Below are positions 1 to 10,011 of a DNA stretch of 64,000 nt, in pieces (position 1 is the first letter of the stretch; every line of letters starts with the position of its first letter). Where the stretch lies: NCBI GenBank assembly GCA_965202665.1, contig OZ241841.1, positions 2,112,001-2,176,000 of the forward strand. The letters run 5' to 3'. Source of the stretch: Candidatus Spongiisociaceae bacterium. GTDB lineage: Bacteria; Actinomycetota; Acidimicrobiia; Spongiisociales; Spongiisociaceae. A model generated the notes under the pieces. That model was not told the origin of the DNA. It worked only from the letters and a program-made list of their open reading frames with translations, and did no database searches. Position numbers and translations under genes: made by a program.

Positions 1-2
1 AC

Positions 3-1004
3 AACACCGGGGAGTGGCTGCCGGAGGAGACGGTGGAGGCCATCCGCTCCCATCTGGTGGCCATCAAAGGCCCGCTTACCACCCCGGTGGGAGGCGGCAT
101 CCGCTCCCTGAACGTGGCCCTGCGCCAAATCCTGGATTTGTACGTGTGCCTGCGCCCGGTGCGGTGGTACAAAGGGGTTCCGTCCCCGGTGCGCCAACCG
201 CATCTGGTGGACATGGTCATTTTCCGGGAAAACACCGAAGACGTGTACGCGGGGCGGGAAGCGGAGATGGGTTCCGGCAAGGCCGAGCTCCTGCTTAATT
301 ACCTGCGCGACATCTGCAAATGGAACATCCGCCCCGACTCGGGGATCGGGATCAAACCCATTTCCGAAACCGGCTCCAAGCGCCTGGTGCGGGCGGCCCT
401 CAAGTTCGCCGCGGACCACGGGCGGCGGTCGGTCACCCTGGTGCACAAAGGCAACATTATGAAGTTCACCGAAGGGGCCTTTCGCAATTGGGGCTACGAG
501 GTGGCTCGGAAAGAGTTCCCCGAACAGGTGGTCGCCTGGGAGGACTGCGGGGGCGATCCGGGCGGCAAGATTCTGGTGCAGGACGTGATCGCCGACGCCA
601 TGTTGCAGCAGGTGCTGACCCGTCCCGCCGACTACGACGTCATCGCCACCACCAACCTGAACGGGGATTACCTGTCGGATGCGGTGGCCGCCCAGGTGGG
701 GGGGATCGGCATCGCCCCGGGGGGCAACATCAACTTCGACACCGGCCACGCCCTGTTCGAAGCCACGCACGGCACCGCCCCCAAATACGCCGGGCAGGAC
801 AAGGTGAACCCCGGTTCGGTGATTCTGTCCGGGGCGAACATGTTCCGCTACATGCGCTGGCGGGAAGCGGCTGACCTGATAGAGCGGTCCCTGGAGGCGG
901 CCATCGCCGACCGCATCGTCACCTACGACTTCGCCCGCCTGATGGACGGCGCCCGCGAAGTCAAAACCTCCCAGTTCGCCGACGCCATGATCGAACGGAT
1001 GTAA
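3..1004 (+). CDS. icd: NADP-dependent isocitrate dehydrogenase (5'-truncated by window edge)
   Basis: Frame is open from base 3 ([10 protein letters not shown]); motifs [55 protein letters not shown]. Confidence 0.97.
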   Translation, partial: NTGEWLPEETVEAIRSHLVAIKGPLTTPVGGGIRSLNVALRQILDLYVCLRPVRWYKGVPSPVRQPHLVDMVIFRENTEDVYAGREAEMGSGKAELLLNYLRDICKWNIRPDSGIGIKPISETGSKRLVRAALKFAADHGRRSVTLVHKGNIMKFTEGAFRNWGYEVARKEFPEQVVAWEDCGGDPGGKILVQDVIADAMLQQVLTRPADYDVIATTNLNGDYLSDAVAAQVGGIGIAPGGNINFDTGHALFEATHGTAPKYAGQDKVNPGSVILSGANMFRYMRWREAADLIERSLEAAIADRIVTYDFARLMDGAREVKTSQFADAMIERM

Positions 1005-1093
1005 GGCGGTTTTGAGCGGACGGCCAATCGCCGGTTCGGGGCGGCTAGATTGGGGACCATCCAAACGACAAACGACAAGGGAGTTGAACGACC

Positions 1094-2044
1094 ATGGGTG
1101 AAAACGGGATTCGCAAGATAACGGTGGTGGGGGCGGGCCACTACGGATCCACCACCACCCAGTTGCTGGCCAGTTGGGATATCGTGGACGAAGTGGTGAT
1201 GGTGGACATCGTGGAGGGCCTGCCGCAGGGACTGGCCTTGGATTTGAACCAGTCGCGGGTGGTGGAAGGGCACCGCACCCGGGTGGTGGGGGCCAACGAC
1301 TACGCCGCCACCGCCGGGAGCGAATTGGCGGTGATCACCGCCGGCCTCCCCCGCCGCCCCGGTATGACCCGCATGGATCTGCTGGGGGTGAACGCCAAAA
1401 TCGTCCGGCAGGTGACCGAGAACCTGATGGAGCATTCCCCGGCTTCGGCCATCATCGTGGTCACCAACCCGTTGGATCAGATGACTTTTTTGGCGGCCGA
1501 GGTGAGCGGGCTTCCCCAGCGCAAGGTGATGGGGCAGGCGGGCATCCTGGACACTTCCCGGTTCGTTCATTTCATCGCCGAACGGCTGGGGGCGGACATC
1601 AGGTCGGTGAAAGCCCTCACCTTGGGCAGCCATGGGGAGACGATGGTGCCCGTTCCCTCCCAGTGTTTCGTGGACGGCCGGCCCCTGACGGAGGCGCTGC
1701 CCCCGGAGGAGATCGCCGACATCGTGAATCGCACCCGGGAAGGGGGGGCGGAGATCGTGGCCCTGCTGAAAACCGGGGGGGCCTATTACGCCCCGTCTTC
1801 GGCGGCGGCGGTGATGGCCCGGGCAGTGGTGCGGGACGAGCAGGAGGTGTGGCCGGTGTGCGCCTGGGTGGAAGGGCAGTACGGGATCGACGGCGTTTAC
1901 CTGGGCGTGCCCGCCCGCCTCGGCGCCGCCGGAGTGGAGGAGGTGGTGGAGTTGCCGTTGGCCGAGGAGGAAATGGCCGAACTGCACGAGGCCGCCCAAG
2001 CCGTCCGGGACAAGGTGGCCCAGATGAAAGAACTCCTCGGCTGA
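1094..2044 (+). CDS. mdh: Malate dehydrogenase (LDH-like)
   Basis: GAGHYG NAD-binding loop, TAGLPRRPGMTRMDL, TNPLD, LDTSRF, GSHGE; follows icd. Confidence 0.95.
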   Translation: MGENGIRKITVVGAGHYGSTTTQLLASWDIVDEVVMVDIVEGLPQGLALDLNQSRVVEGHRTRVVGANDYAATAGSELAVITAGLPRRPGMTRMDLLGVNAKIVRQVTENLMEHSPASAIIVVTNPLDQMTFLAAEVSGLPQRKVMGQAGILDTSRFVHFIAERLGADIRSVKALTLGSHGETMVPVPSQCFVDGRPLTEALPPEEIADIVNRTREGGAEIVALLKTGGAYYAPSSAAAVMARAVVRDEQEVWPVCAWVEGQYGIDGVYLGVPARLGAAGVEEVVELPLAEEEMAELHEAAQAVRDKVAQMKELLG

Positions 2045-2164
2045 CCGCCCGCCGGGGAGCGTTCCGCGGACGGGTATTTTTTCGCAAACGGAAATACGCA
2101 CCGGATAAGCTTTCCCGCTATACTGGCGGGACTGTAAAACACTATGAAAGGGAGGTTGTCCCTC

Positions 2165-2440
2165 ATGAACAAAGGAGAGCTGGCGGAAGCGGTAGCAGCC
2201 GTCACCGAGTTTAACCGGGCGCAGGCCGGGCGGGCGGTGGACGCCGTTTTGGGCGTCATAAAGGACGAGCTGGCGCGCGGCGGCAAAGTGTCGCTGGTCG
2301 GTTTCGGCAACTTCGAGGTGCGCCACCGTCAAGCCCGCATGGGCCGCAACCCGCAAACCGGCGAGGCGGTGGCCATCGCGGCCAGCAAAGCCCCCGCCTT
2401 CAAACCGGCCAAGCCGCTTAAGGAGGCGGTCAACAACTAA
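2165..2440 (+). CDS. hup: HU family DNA-binding protein
   Basis: MNKGEL...GFGNFEVRHRQARMGRNPQTGE...PAFKP; RBS GGAGGT upstream of ATG 2165. Confidence 0.95.
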   Translation: MNKGELAEAVAAVTEFNRAQAGRAVDAVLGVIKDELARGGKVSLVGFGNFEVRHRQARMGRNPQTGEAVAIAASKAPAFKPAKPLKEAVNN

Positions 2441-2458
2441 CCGTTGCTGGGTTGGGTG

Positions 2459-2497
2459 AAAGCGGGCGTTCCCGGCGGGGCGCCCGTTTTCGTTTTT
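2459..2497 (+). terminator. Rho-independent terminator after HU
   Basis: GC-rich stem gcgggcgttcc / ggggcgcccgt followed by T-runs, between convergent genes. Confidence 0.6.
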
Positions 2498-2519
2498 CGC
2501 CCCGGCTCCGGCCGGGGGG

Positions 2520-2906
2520 TCAGTATTCCACGCTGAGGGAAGACACCGCTTCGGCCAGCCGCATCACCGCGTTGCGGTCTTTGATCAGTTTGGCCAAGTT
2601 TCCCGCCACGTCGATTTTGCCCGAAAAGTAGGCTTGTTGAATGTTCAACTCCCCTTTGGAGATGGCGGCGGCGGTGTCGTAGTCGCACACCAAGGTAACA
2701 TCGGCGTCCGCCTGTTTGCCCAAAGACAACTCGGCCCGCCCCCCTTCCACCAGAATGTAGTAGGACACCGCCCCCTCCTCCGTTTCCGTGACCGAAAACT
2801 GAATGAGCAGGTCCGCCCCGGCCAGGGCCTCGCCCAGTTCGGGGTCGGACTCGAAGGCGGCGGTGGCGTTCAAAGCCCATTCTTCGCTCAGAAACCGGAC
2901 GGCCAT
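2520..2906 (-). CDS. SCP2 sterol-binding domain protein
   Basis: RFLSEEW N-terminus; ADVTL...ISKGELNIQQAYFSGKIDVAGNL is the SCP2 signature. Confidence 0.85.
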   Translation of the reverse strand: MAVRFLSEEWALNATAAFESDPELGEALAGADLLIQFSVTETEEGAVSYYILVEGGRAELSLGKQADADVTLVCDYDTAAAISKGELNIQQAYFSGKIDVAGNLAKLIKDRNAVMRLAEAVSSLSVEY

Positions 2907-2929
2907 AACCGAAGACTACCCTCCCCGCC

Positions 2930-3691
2930 CTACCGCCGATCGGCCAGTTTGCGGTTGCGGATTTTGGCCGACAGGTAGTCGCGGTTCATCAGGGCGATGT
3001 TGTCCAAGGAGATTTCCTTGGGGCAGGCTTGTTCGCATTCCCCGTGGTTGGTGCACGAACCGAAAAACTCCTCCATTTTTTCCACCATCGCCTCCACCCG
3101 CTCCCACCGCTCCGGACGGCCCTGGGGGAGCAGGTTGAGATGGGCCACTTTGGCGGCGGTGAACAGCTGGGCGGCCCCGTTGGGGCAGGCGGCCACGCAG
3201 GCCGCGCACCCGATGCAGGCCGCGGCGTCCATGGCCGCGTCGGAGGAGGCTTTCGGAACGGGGATCATGTTGGCTTCCGGTGCGGAACCGGCCGCCACTG
3301 AAATGTACCCGCCCGCTTCGATTATCCGATCGAAGGCGGTGCGGTCCACCACCAGATCCCGGATGACGGGCAGGGAAGCGGCCCGCCACGGCTCCACCAC
3401 CACGACGTCCCTGTCTCGGAATTGGCGCATATGCAACTGGCAGGTGGCGGTCCCGCTCTGGGGGCCGTGCGCCCGCCCGTCGATCATCATCCCGCAGGAA
3501 CCGCAGATGCCCTCCCGGCAGTCGTGGTCGAAGGCGATCGGCTCCCGCCCGGCTTCGGTCAGCCGTTCGTTTACCACGTCCAGCATTTCCAGAAACGACA
3601 TGTCGGGGCTGACATCCGGGGCCGGATAGGTCTCAAACCGCCCTTCCGCCTCCGGTCCGGCCTGCCTCCAGATTCGCAATGTAAGTTCCAT
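2930..3691 (-). CDS. sdhB: Succinate dehydrogenase/fumarate reductase Fe-S subunit
   Basis: [38 protein letters not shown]. Confidence 0.95.
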   Translation of the reverse strand: MELTLRIWRQAGPEAEGRFETYPAPDVSPDMSFLEMLDVVNERLTEAGREPIAFDHDCREGICGSCGMMIDGRAHGPQSGTATCQLHMRQFRDRDVVVVEPWRAASLPVIRDLVVDRTAFDRIIEAGGYISVAAGSAPEANMIPVPKASSDAAMDAAACIGCAACVAACPNGAAQLFTAAKVAHLNLLPQGRPERWERVEAMVEKMEEFFGSCTNHGECEQACPKEISLDNIALMNRDYLSAKIRNRKLADRR

Positions 3692-3698
3692 GGCCTCC

Positions 3699-5633
3699 CT
3701 ACTTGTAACTGCGTTGGCTGGGCGGGACGTATTCGAAGGTCAGCGGTTCTTTGCGCAGAATCGGCTCGCCCCCGTCCGCCCACTCCCAGGCCCCCGCGTA
3801 GGCGAAGTTGTCATCGTCCCGCAGGGCTTCGCCGTCTTCGGTTTGATGCTCCACCCGGAAGTGGCCGCCGCAGGATTCCTCCCGGTGCAGGGCGTCGCGG
3901 CACATCAACTCCGCCAACTCGAAGAAGTCGTCCACCCGCCCCGCCCGCTCCAGGGACTGATTGAGGGTTTCCGCCTCCCCGGGCACCCGCAGATCGGAGT
4001 CGAATTCGGCCCGCAACGCCCCGATTTCGGAGATGGCTTTTTCCAGCCCGGCGGCGCTGCGTTCCATCCCGCAGTTGTCCCACATTATTTTCCCCAGCCG
4101 GCGGTGGAACCAGTCAGCCGAGCGGGAGCCGCCCGTTCCCAGCAGCCGTTTCACCCTGTCCTCCACCCGCCTTTTGGCTTCGGCGAACGCCGGGTCGTCC
4201 TCCGGCGTGGAATCTTCGCCCAGCAGCCCGGCCAGATAGTCGCCGATGGTGTAGGGGAGGATGAAGTAGCCGTCGGCCAAGCCCTGCATGAGGGCGGAGG
4301 CCCCCAGGCGGTTGGCCCCATGGTCGGAGAAGTTGGCTTCGCCCAGGCAGTACAGGCCGGGGATGGAAGTCATCAGGTTGTAGTCCACCCACAGTCCGCC
4401 CATCGTGTAATGCACCGCCGGGTAGATGCGCATGGGAACCGAGTAGGGGTCCTCCCCGGTGATCCGCTCGTACATTTCCAGCAGATTCCCGTACCGCTCC
4501 CGGATGGCGTCGCCCCCCAAGCGGGCGATGGCGTCGGAGAAATCCAGATACACCCCGTTGCGCAACGGCCCCACCCCTTTCATCCGGTCCACTTCCCGCT
4601 TGGCGGCCCGCGAGGCCACGTCCCGGGGCACCAGGTTGCCGAAAGCCGGATAGCGCCTTTCCAAGTAGTAGTCCCGCTCCGATTCGGGGATGCCGTCCGG
4701 GGGGCGGTCGTCGCCCGCTTTTTGGGGCACCCAGATGCGCCCGTCGTTGCGCAACGACTCCGACATCAGGGTCAGCTTGGACTGAAACTCGTCGGAGGCG
4801 GGGATGCAGGTGGGGTGGATTTGGGTGTAGGCCGGGTTGGCGAACAGGGCCCCCCGGCGGTGCGCCCGCCAGGCGGCGGTCACATTGCTTTTCATGGCGT
4901 TGGTGGACAGGTAGAAAACGTTGCCGTAGCCGCCGGTGGCCAGCGCCACCGCATGGGCGGAGTGGGCGCGGATTTCCCCGGTGAGCAGATGGCGGGCGAT
5001 GATTCCCGCCGCCCGTCCCTCCTTGGTCACCACGTCCAGCATCTCGGTGTGGTCGTGGAGATGCACCGTCCCCCGGCTCACCTGGCGCATCAGGGACTGG
5101 TAGGCGCCCAGCAGCAACTGCTGTCCGGTCTGGCCGCGGGCGTAGAAGGTGCGGGAAACCTGCGCCCCCCCGAAGGAGCGGTTGGCCAACAGCCCCCCGT
5201 ATTCCCGGGCGAACGGCACCCCCTGGGCGGCGCATTGGTCGATGATGTCCACCGACAGTTGCGCCAGCCGGTACACGTTGCTTTCCCGGGAGCGGTAGTC
5301 GCCCCCTTTCACCGTGTCGTAGAACAGGCGGTGGACGGAGTCGCCGTCGTTGGGGTAGTTTTTGGCGGCGTTGATGCCCCCCTGGGCGGCGATGGAATGG
5401 GCCCGGCGGGGGGAGTCGTGGAAGGTGAAAACCGACACCCGGTATCCCAATTCGCCCAGGGTGGCGGCCGCCGAGGCCCCGGCCAGGCCGGAGCCCACCA
5501 CGATGATGTGGAAACGGCGTTTGTTGGCCGGGTTGACCAAGCGGATGGAATGCTTGTGGCTGTCCCAACGTTCGGCGATCGGCCCGGACGGAATTTTGGC
5601 GTCCGGCGTACCGGCGCCGTTCAGCCCGCTCAC
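3699..5633 (-). CDS. sdhA: Succinate dehydrogenase/fumarate reductase flavoprotein
   Basis: [36 protein letters not shown]; GTG at 5633 overlaps sdhC stop (GTGA). Confidence 0.95.
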   Translation of the reverse strand: MSGLNGAGTPDAKIPSGPIAERWDSHKHSIRLVNPANKRRFHIIVVGSGLAGASAAATLGELGYRVSVFTFHDSPRRAHSIAAQGGINAAKNYPNDGDSVHRLFYDTVKGGDYRSRESNVYRLAQLSVDIIDQCAAQGVPFAREYGGLLANRSFGGAQVSRTFYARGQTGQQLLLGAYQSLMRQVSRGTVHLHDHTEMLDVVTKEGRAAGIIARHLLTGEIRAHSAHAVALATGGYGNVFYLSTNAMKSNVTAAWRAHRRGALFANPAYTQIHPTCIPASDEFQSKLTLMSESLRNDGRIWVPQKAGDDRPPDGIPESERDYYLERRYPAFGNLVPRDVASRAAKREVDRMKGVGPLRNGVYLDFSDAIARLGGDAIRERYGNLLEMYERITGEDPYSVPMRIYPAVHYTMGGLWVDYNLMTSIPGLYCLGEANFSDHGANRLGASALMQGLADGYFILPYTIGDYLAGLLGEDSTPEDDPAFAEAKRRVEDRVKRLLGTGGSRSADWFHRRLGKIMWDNCGMERSAAGLEKAISEIGALRAEFDSDLRVPGEAETLNQSLERAGRVDDFFELAELMCRDALHREESCGGHFRVEHQTEDGEALRDDDNFAYAGAWEWADGGEPILRKEPLTFEYVPPSQRSYK

Positions 5634-6358
5634 CTCACCACTCCGAAGGCGACGCCCAGCGGCACGGCCAGGAACCCGGCCGCCACCACCGCGGAGAACA
5701 GGTTGGCGAAGATGCGCCGGTAGCGGTTGAACCGGGGGTTGTGCACCCCCAGGCTTTGAAACAGGCTCCACGCCCCATGCCAGACATGGAAGGCCAAGGC
5801 TGCTTGAGCGGCCACGTAGAACAACCACACCGGCCAGCGGGACAGGCTGGCCACCAAATTCTCATACACCGCCCCCCGTTGGAAATCGGGGTTGACCGCC
5901 TCCACCCCGATGGTGAAATCGGCCAGGTGCCAGAGCAGGAACAGCAGGACGATTATCCCGCTCCATCGCATGGTGCGGCTGGCGTAGTTGGCGGCCAAAT
6001 AGTTGCGGGGGGACTGGTATTTGACGGGGCGGGCCGCCCGGTTGCTGCGGGTCAGGGCCCAGGCGGCGTGGATGTGCACCAGGGCGGCGGCCGCCAACGG
6101 GATGCGGATGGCCCACAGGGCCAGGGTGCGGGGCAGCAGGGGCTGGCCGATGTCCCGCAGGGCCTCCCCGTATTCGTCGATTCGGTACGTTCCGTCGTGA
6201 GCCCCTTCGAATACGTGCAGGTTGCCCACCATGTGAACGAAAACGAATATGAGCAGGATCACCCCGCTGACCGCCATGGCGTATTTCTTGCCGGTGTCGG
6301 TGCGGTAGAGGCCGATGATCCAGGGCAGGTTGCGGGTTCGTTTTTCGACGTCGGTCAT
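5630..6358 (-). CDS. sdhC: Succinate dehydrogenase cytochrome b558 membrane anchor
   Basis: [10 protein letters not shown], conserved His in HMVGN/HIH/HLAD/HVWHG; hydrophobic helices; first gene of sdhCAB. Confidence 0.92.
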   Translation of the reverse strand: MTDVEKRTRNLPWIIGLYRTDTGKKYAMAVSGVILLIFVFVHMVGNLHVFEGAHDGTYRIDEYGEALRDIGQPLLPRTLALWAIRIPLAAAALVHIHAAWALTRSNRAARPVKYQSPRNYLAANYASRTMRWSGIIVLLFLLWHLADFTIGVEAVNPDFQRGAVYENLVASLSRWPVWLFYVAAQAALAFHVWHGAWSLFQSLGVHNPRFNRYRRIFANLFSAVVAAGFLAVPLGVAFGVVR

Positions 6359-6397
6359 TTCCCTCCCATTTTAGCCCCTCAGGCCGGACGCTCCGAT

Positions 6398-6426
6398 TTG
6401 ACAAGTCCAAACGTACGCGCCAATAT
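6398..6426 (+). promoter_or_regulatory. Sigma70-type promoter of whiB
   Basis: TTGACA (6398-6403), 17-bp spacer, CAATAT (6421-6426). Confidence 0.5.
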
Positions 6427-6467
6427 TACATCGCTGTAGTTACAACCCTGTCGCAAGGAGGGCCGCT

Positions 6468-6749
6468 TTGCCGCTTTCACTGATTGAAGCCTTGTCGTCG
6501 GAGGCTCTCGCTTGGCAGGATTTCGCCAACTGCCGGGGGGCGGATGTGGACATTTTCTTCCCCGACCGGGGGGCGTCCACCCGGGGGGCGAAGGAGATTT
6601 GCGCCGCCTGCCAAGTGCAGTCCGACTGCTTGGATTACGCGGTGACGCGGGGGGAAAAATTCGGCATCTGGGGAGGGCTGTCCGAGCGGGAGCGCCGCAA
6701 GATACGCAAGCAACGGGCGTTGGAGACTCAAGGAATCATCAGCCTGTGA
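6468..6749 (+). CDS. whiB: WhiB family Fe-S transcriptional regulator
   Basis: WQDFANC...FFPDRG...AKEICAAC...C...FGIWGGLSERERR: four Cys plus GIWGG turn. Confidence 0.93.
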   Translation: MPLSLIEALSSEALAWQDFANCRGADVDIFFPDRGASTRGAKEICAACQVQSDCLDYAVTRGEKFGIWGGLSERERRKIRKQRALETQGIISL

Positions 6750-6849
6750 CCGGACGGGTTTCCCGGCGCGGCGACGCGGGAGGCCCCGCAGGTTGGTTAT
6801 TTCATCCGGCGGTGGTAGCATCATCCCACGCGCCTAAAGGAGATGTTGC

Positions 6850-7080
6850 ATGGGAAGAATCGGCGGCGGTGAGATCGCCATCATCCTGGTAGTGCTAGTA
6901 TTGCTGTTCGGGGCCAAAAAGCTCCCCGAGCTGGCCCGCTCGCTGGGCACCTCGGCCCGCGAGTTCCGCAAAGGCACCGAGGAGGGCCGCAAGCAGGAGG
7001 AGGCGGCGGCCAAGTCCGAGACGGCGCCCGCTCCCGCCGAAGAGGCCAAACCCTCCCCCGAAACAACCACCACCACCTAA
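6850..7080 (+). CDS. tatA: Twin-arginine translocase TatA/E
   Basis: EIAIILVVLVLLFGAKKLPELARSLG...EFRKG. Confidence 0.93.
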   Translation: MGRIGGGEIAIILVVLVLLFGAKKLPELARSLGTSAREFRKGTEEGRKQEEAAAKSETAPAPAEEAKPSPETTTTT

Positions 7081-7112
7081 CCGTCCCGGCCTGATAGCTC
7101 CGGGCCGCCAGC

Positions 7113-7410
7113 GGGGTAAAGGGCCCGAGCCGGGTTCAGCCAAGAGTCACCGCCTGCCCTCAGAGCCCCCGCCAGGGAATAATGGGCCCTTCGGCCATTA
7201 TTTGATATACGCCGCAAGGGGGCGGGACCGAACTGTTGGACGTCTGCGCTTTGGCGCCATCCAAGATCTACCACCACCAACGTGCTCGGTACTGTCGCTT
7301 CAATCGGCGCATCGCCCGGTTGCGCGTGACGGGTCTCCAGCGATATTTAGCGAGGGTCCTCGCTCGTCGTTGGCGATATTGTTGGCGACGGCGGGCCTTT
7401 TTTCCCATTT
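7113..7410 (-). ncRNA. Candidate ~300-nt structured sRNA (6S/Ms1-like rod)
   Basis: Extended -10 TGCTACCTT on minus strand (7425-7417); nested 5'/3' complementarity; internal hairpin at ~7178-7202; no credible ORF. Confidence 0.5.
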
Positions 7411-7491
7411 GTTACGAAGGTAGCAGGAACGGACGGCCAAGACCGGCGGAGCTTCTTAGGCAACCGGGTGCGCGTTCCGGGGGGCCGGGAA

Positions 7492-7944
7492 TTAGCTGAG
7501 GGCGGTTACGTAGTCTTCCAAGTTGCGGGGGGTGAGGATGTGGTCGGTGGTGAAAATATCGGTCACCGTCCCCTCCGCGTCCAGTACGTAAGTGGCCCGG
7601 TCGGCTATTCCCAGTTGCTCGTTGAAGCACCCGTAGGCGGAGGCGACCGCCCCATGCGGCCAGAAGTCGCTCAGGATGGGATACTCCAGTCCCTCCAGTT
7701 CCGCCCATTTGCCGTTGCTGAACGGCGTGTCGCAGGTGATGACCGCCACATTGGCGTCCTTCTCCCGCAACCGGGACAGGTTGTTCTGCAGGTCGCACAC
7801 CTCCCCGGTGCACACCCCGGTGAACGGAAACGGGACGAACACCAGAAGCGTCCGCCGTCCCCGCAACGACTCCAGGGTCACCGCCTCCCGGTTGGCGTCG
7901 GGAAGCGAAAAGTCGGGGGCGGGCTTGCCAATCTCAGCGGCCAT
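7492..7944 (-). CDS. ahpE: Peroxiredoxin, AhpE-like (AhpC/TSA family)
   Basis: APDFSL, PFPFTGVCTGE, LSDFWPHGAVASAYG; RBS AAGGAGG before ATG 7944. Confidence 0.85.
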   Translation of the reverse strand: MAAEIGKPAPDFSLPDANREAVTLESLRGRRTLLVFVPFPFTGVCTGEVCDLQNNLSRLREKDANVAVITCDTPFSNGKWAELEGLEYPILSDFWPHGAVASAYGCFNEQLGIADRATYVLDAEGTVTDIFTTDHILTPRNLEDYVTALS

Positions 7945-7963
7945 TGATTCCTCCTTGTCCATT

Positions 7964-8851
7964 TCAGCTGTTGGATGCCGGAACCATTGTAGGGAAACCG
8001 GGCTCAAAGCCGATATGCTCCGGGGCGCAGAAGGCCAGGCGCCGGGCCATCACCTGCGTCGCCTGCGGGTTGTCGTCCACCAGGGTAAACGACCGTCCGC
8101 GGCGGGCGGCCGCTTCCCCGGCGGTTCCGGAACCGGCGAAGAAATCCAGCACCCGATCCCCGGCGCGGCTGTGCACTTTAATGATCCGGTCGAGAACCCC
8201 CAGCGGTTTCTGGGTCGGATACCCGGTGCGTTCCGAGCCGTTGGTGGGGACGATGGTGTGCCACCAGACATCGGTGGGGGTTTTGCCCCGGCGGGCTTTA
8301 TCTTCGGTCACCAGGCCGGGGGCCATGTACGGGATGCGGTCCATTTCCCCGTAGTTGAAGGTGTAGTCGTCCGGGTCGGCCGCGTACCAGAAAATGGAAT
8401 CGTGTTTGGCGGGCCAGCGGTTTTTGGGCCGTCCGCCGTAGTCGTAGGCCCAAATGATCTCGTTCATAAAACATTCCCGTCCGAAAATGGAATCCAGGAG
8501 CACCTTGGCGTAGTGCGCCTCCCGATAGTCGATGTGCAGGAAAAAGGAGCCGTCCCCCCGCAACACCCTCCGCCCTTCCCGCAGGCGCGGTTCGAGAAAC
8601 CCCAGGTAATCGTCGTACCGGTCATCGTAGGAACGCCGCCGGCCCGCCTCCGTGCGGTAAGTGCGGCCCCCGAATCCGGTACGGTCGCCTTCCGCATCGG
8701 CGACGGTTCGCAACCGGGCGTGGCTTTGCGGGCGGCCGGTGTTGAACGGGGGATCGATGTAAACCAGATGGTAGGCGCCGTCCGGGACCCCGGCCAGGAA
8801 CTCCAGGTTGTCGCGGAGGACAATTTGCGAACGGGGCGGCTGGGACGGCAT
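7964..8851 (-). CDS. Orphan N6-adenine/N4-cytosine DNA methyltransferase (beta class)
   Basis: YIDPPFNTG catalytic motif precedes YPTQKP...VLDFFAGSGT SAM motif. Confidence 0.9.
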   Translation of the reverse strand: MPSQPPRSQIVLRDNLEFLAGVPDGAYHLVYIDPPFNTGRPQSHARLRTVADAEGDRTGFGGRTYRTEAGRRRSYDDRYDDYLGFLEPRLREGRRVLRGDGSFFLHIDYREAHYAKVLLDSIFGRECFMNEIIWAYDYGGRPKNRWPAKHDSIFWYAADPDDYTFNYGEMDRIPYMAPGLVTEDKARRGKTPTDVWWHTIVPTNGSERTGYPTQKPLGVLDRIIKVHSRAGDRVLDFFAGSGTAGEAAARRGRSFTLVDDNPQATQVMARRLAFCAPEHIGFEPGFPTMVPASNS

Positions 8852-8860
8852 CCCCGCCCT

Positions 8861-9967
8861 TTAGGCGAGAAACGGGTCGTGGAGCAGAACGCGGGCCGCC
8901 CAGCCGGTGGCGTCGGCGATCTCTCCGGGGAGGGGCAGGCGGTCGGGGCCTTCCCATATTTTGGCCACCGCCTCCCTTCCCCACCGTTGCTCCACTTCGG
9001 CGCAGAAATCCGCCCCCGGCCCCCACTGGCCGGCCCCGGTTTCCTTTTCGGGGCCTGCGATAAGCCGCCCCGCCGGCTGGTCGCCGTCTCTTGAATCCGC
9101 CGACCGCTCCCGCATCGCCCGCTGTATGGCCTCCCGGTCCGGGATCATGCTCCCCGCCAGTTCCGCCAGCGCGTAGTCGGCGTACCCCTCCAGCACGGCC
9201 ATGAAACCGTTCACCGCGTCCAAGCCGGGCCCTTCCACGGTGACCGGCATGCCGCCCGGCGGCAAATTGCCTCCCCCGGCTAAAGCGGCCCGCAACTGCT
9301 CCGGGTCGTTTATCTCCTCCGGGCCGAAACCCAGCATGCTCGAATCCAAACGCAGATCCTCCTGCATCTCGCTGATCAGCCGCAGGAAATGGGGACGCAC
9401 CCATTCCCGGCACAGCACCCCCTCCCGGATGGTTTCCTGAAAGGCCGTCCACAGCCGGACTTGGCGGCCGTCCAAGCCGCGCTCTTCGGCGAAAGATTCG
9501 ATGTTGGACACCACGAACCCCATCGGGCCGGGGGAGGCGGTGGGCAGGCCGGCGTCGAACTGGCCCAAGACGGCGCGTCCCAGCAACCCCACCGCCGTGC
9601 CCATTTGCATGCCCAACAGGGCCGGGGCCAAAGGACGGAGAAGCGCTTCCATTCCGCCGCCCGCGGAGTCGGCGAACCGTTCCGCGATCGGCTCCACCAT
9701 GTAGCGAAATGAACGTATGTTGAGGGAGGCCCATCCGGCCGGGTCCAGCGGGATCGGTTCGTTGACCGGGCTGAGGTGGAAATCCGTTTCCTCCTCCATC
9801 CGATAGGCGGCCAGGCGGAACATTTCCATGTACTCGTCGGCCAGCCAAGGGTCCACCGGCCCCCGGGGGCCGGTCAGATGCCCGGCCGTCTGCTCGGCCA
9901 AGGCCCAGTTCACCGGCCCCGGCTCTTTGAGCAGATTCATTAAATCGTCGAGGATGTTGCGGTCCAT
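8861..9967 (-). CDS. Actinobacterial zincin-like putative hydrolase (DUF2342-type)
   Basis: GPVNWALA, VLGQFD, MAVLEGYADY, LPLPGEIADATGW; the usual HE metal motif appears as QE. Confidence 0.7.
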   Translation of the reverse strand: MDRNILDDLMNLLKEPGPVNWALAEQTAGHLTGPRGPVDPWLADEYMEMFRLAAYRMEEETDFHLSPVNEPIPLDPAGWASLNIRSFRYMVEPIAERFADSAGGGMEALLRPLAPALLGMQMGTAVGLLGRAVLGQFDAGLPTASPGPMGFVVSNIESFAEERGLDGRQVRLWTAFQETIREGVLCREWVRPHFLRLISEMQEDLRLDSSMLGFGPEEINDPEQLRAALAGGGNLPPGGMPVTVEGPGLDAVNGFMAVLEGYADYALAELAGSMIPDREAIQRAMRERSADSRDGDQPAGRLIAGPEKETGAGQWGPGADFCAEVEQRWGREAVAKIWEGPDRLPLPGEIADATGWAARVLLHDPFLA

Positions 9968-10011
9968 AATCCGCTCCTCCGTATCGGCCGTCCGCCGGCC
10001 GAACGACCCGT

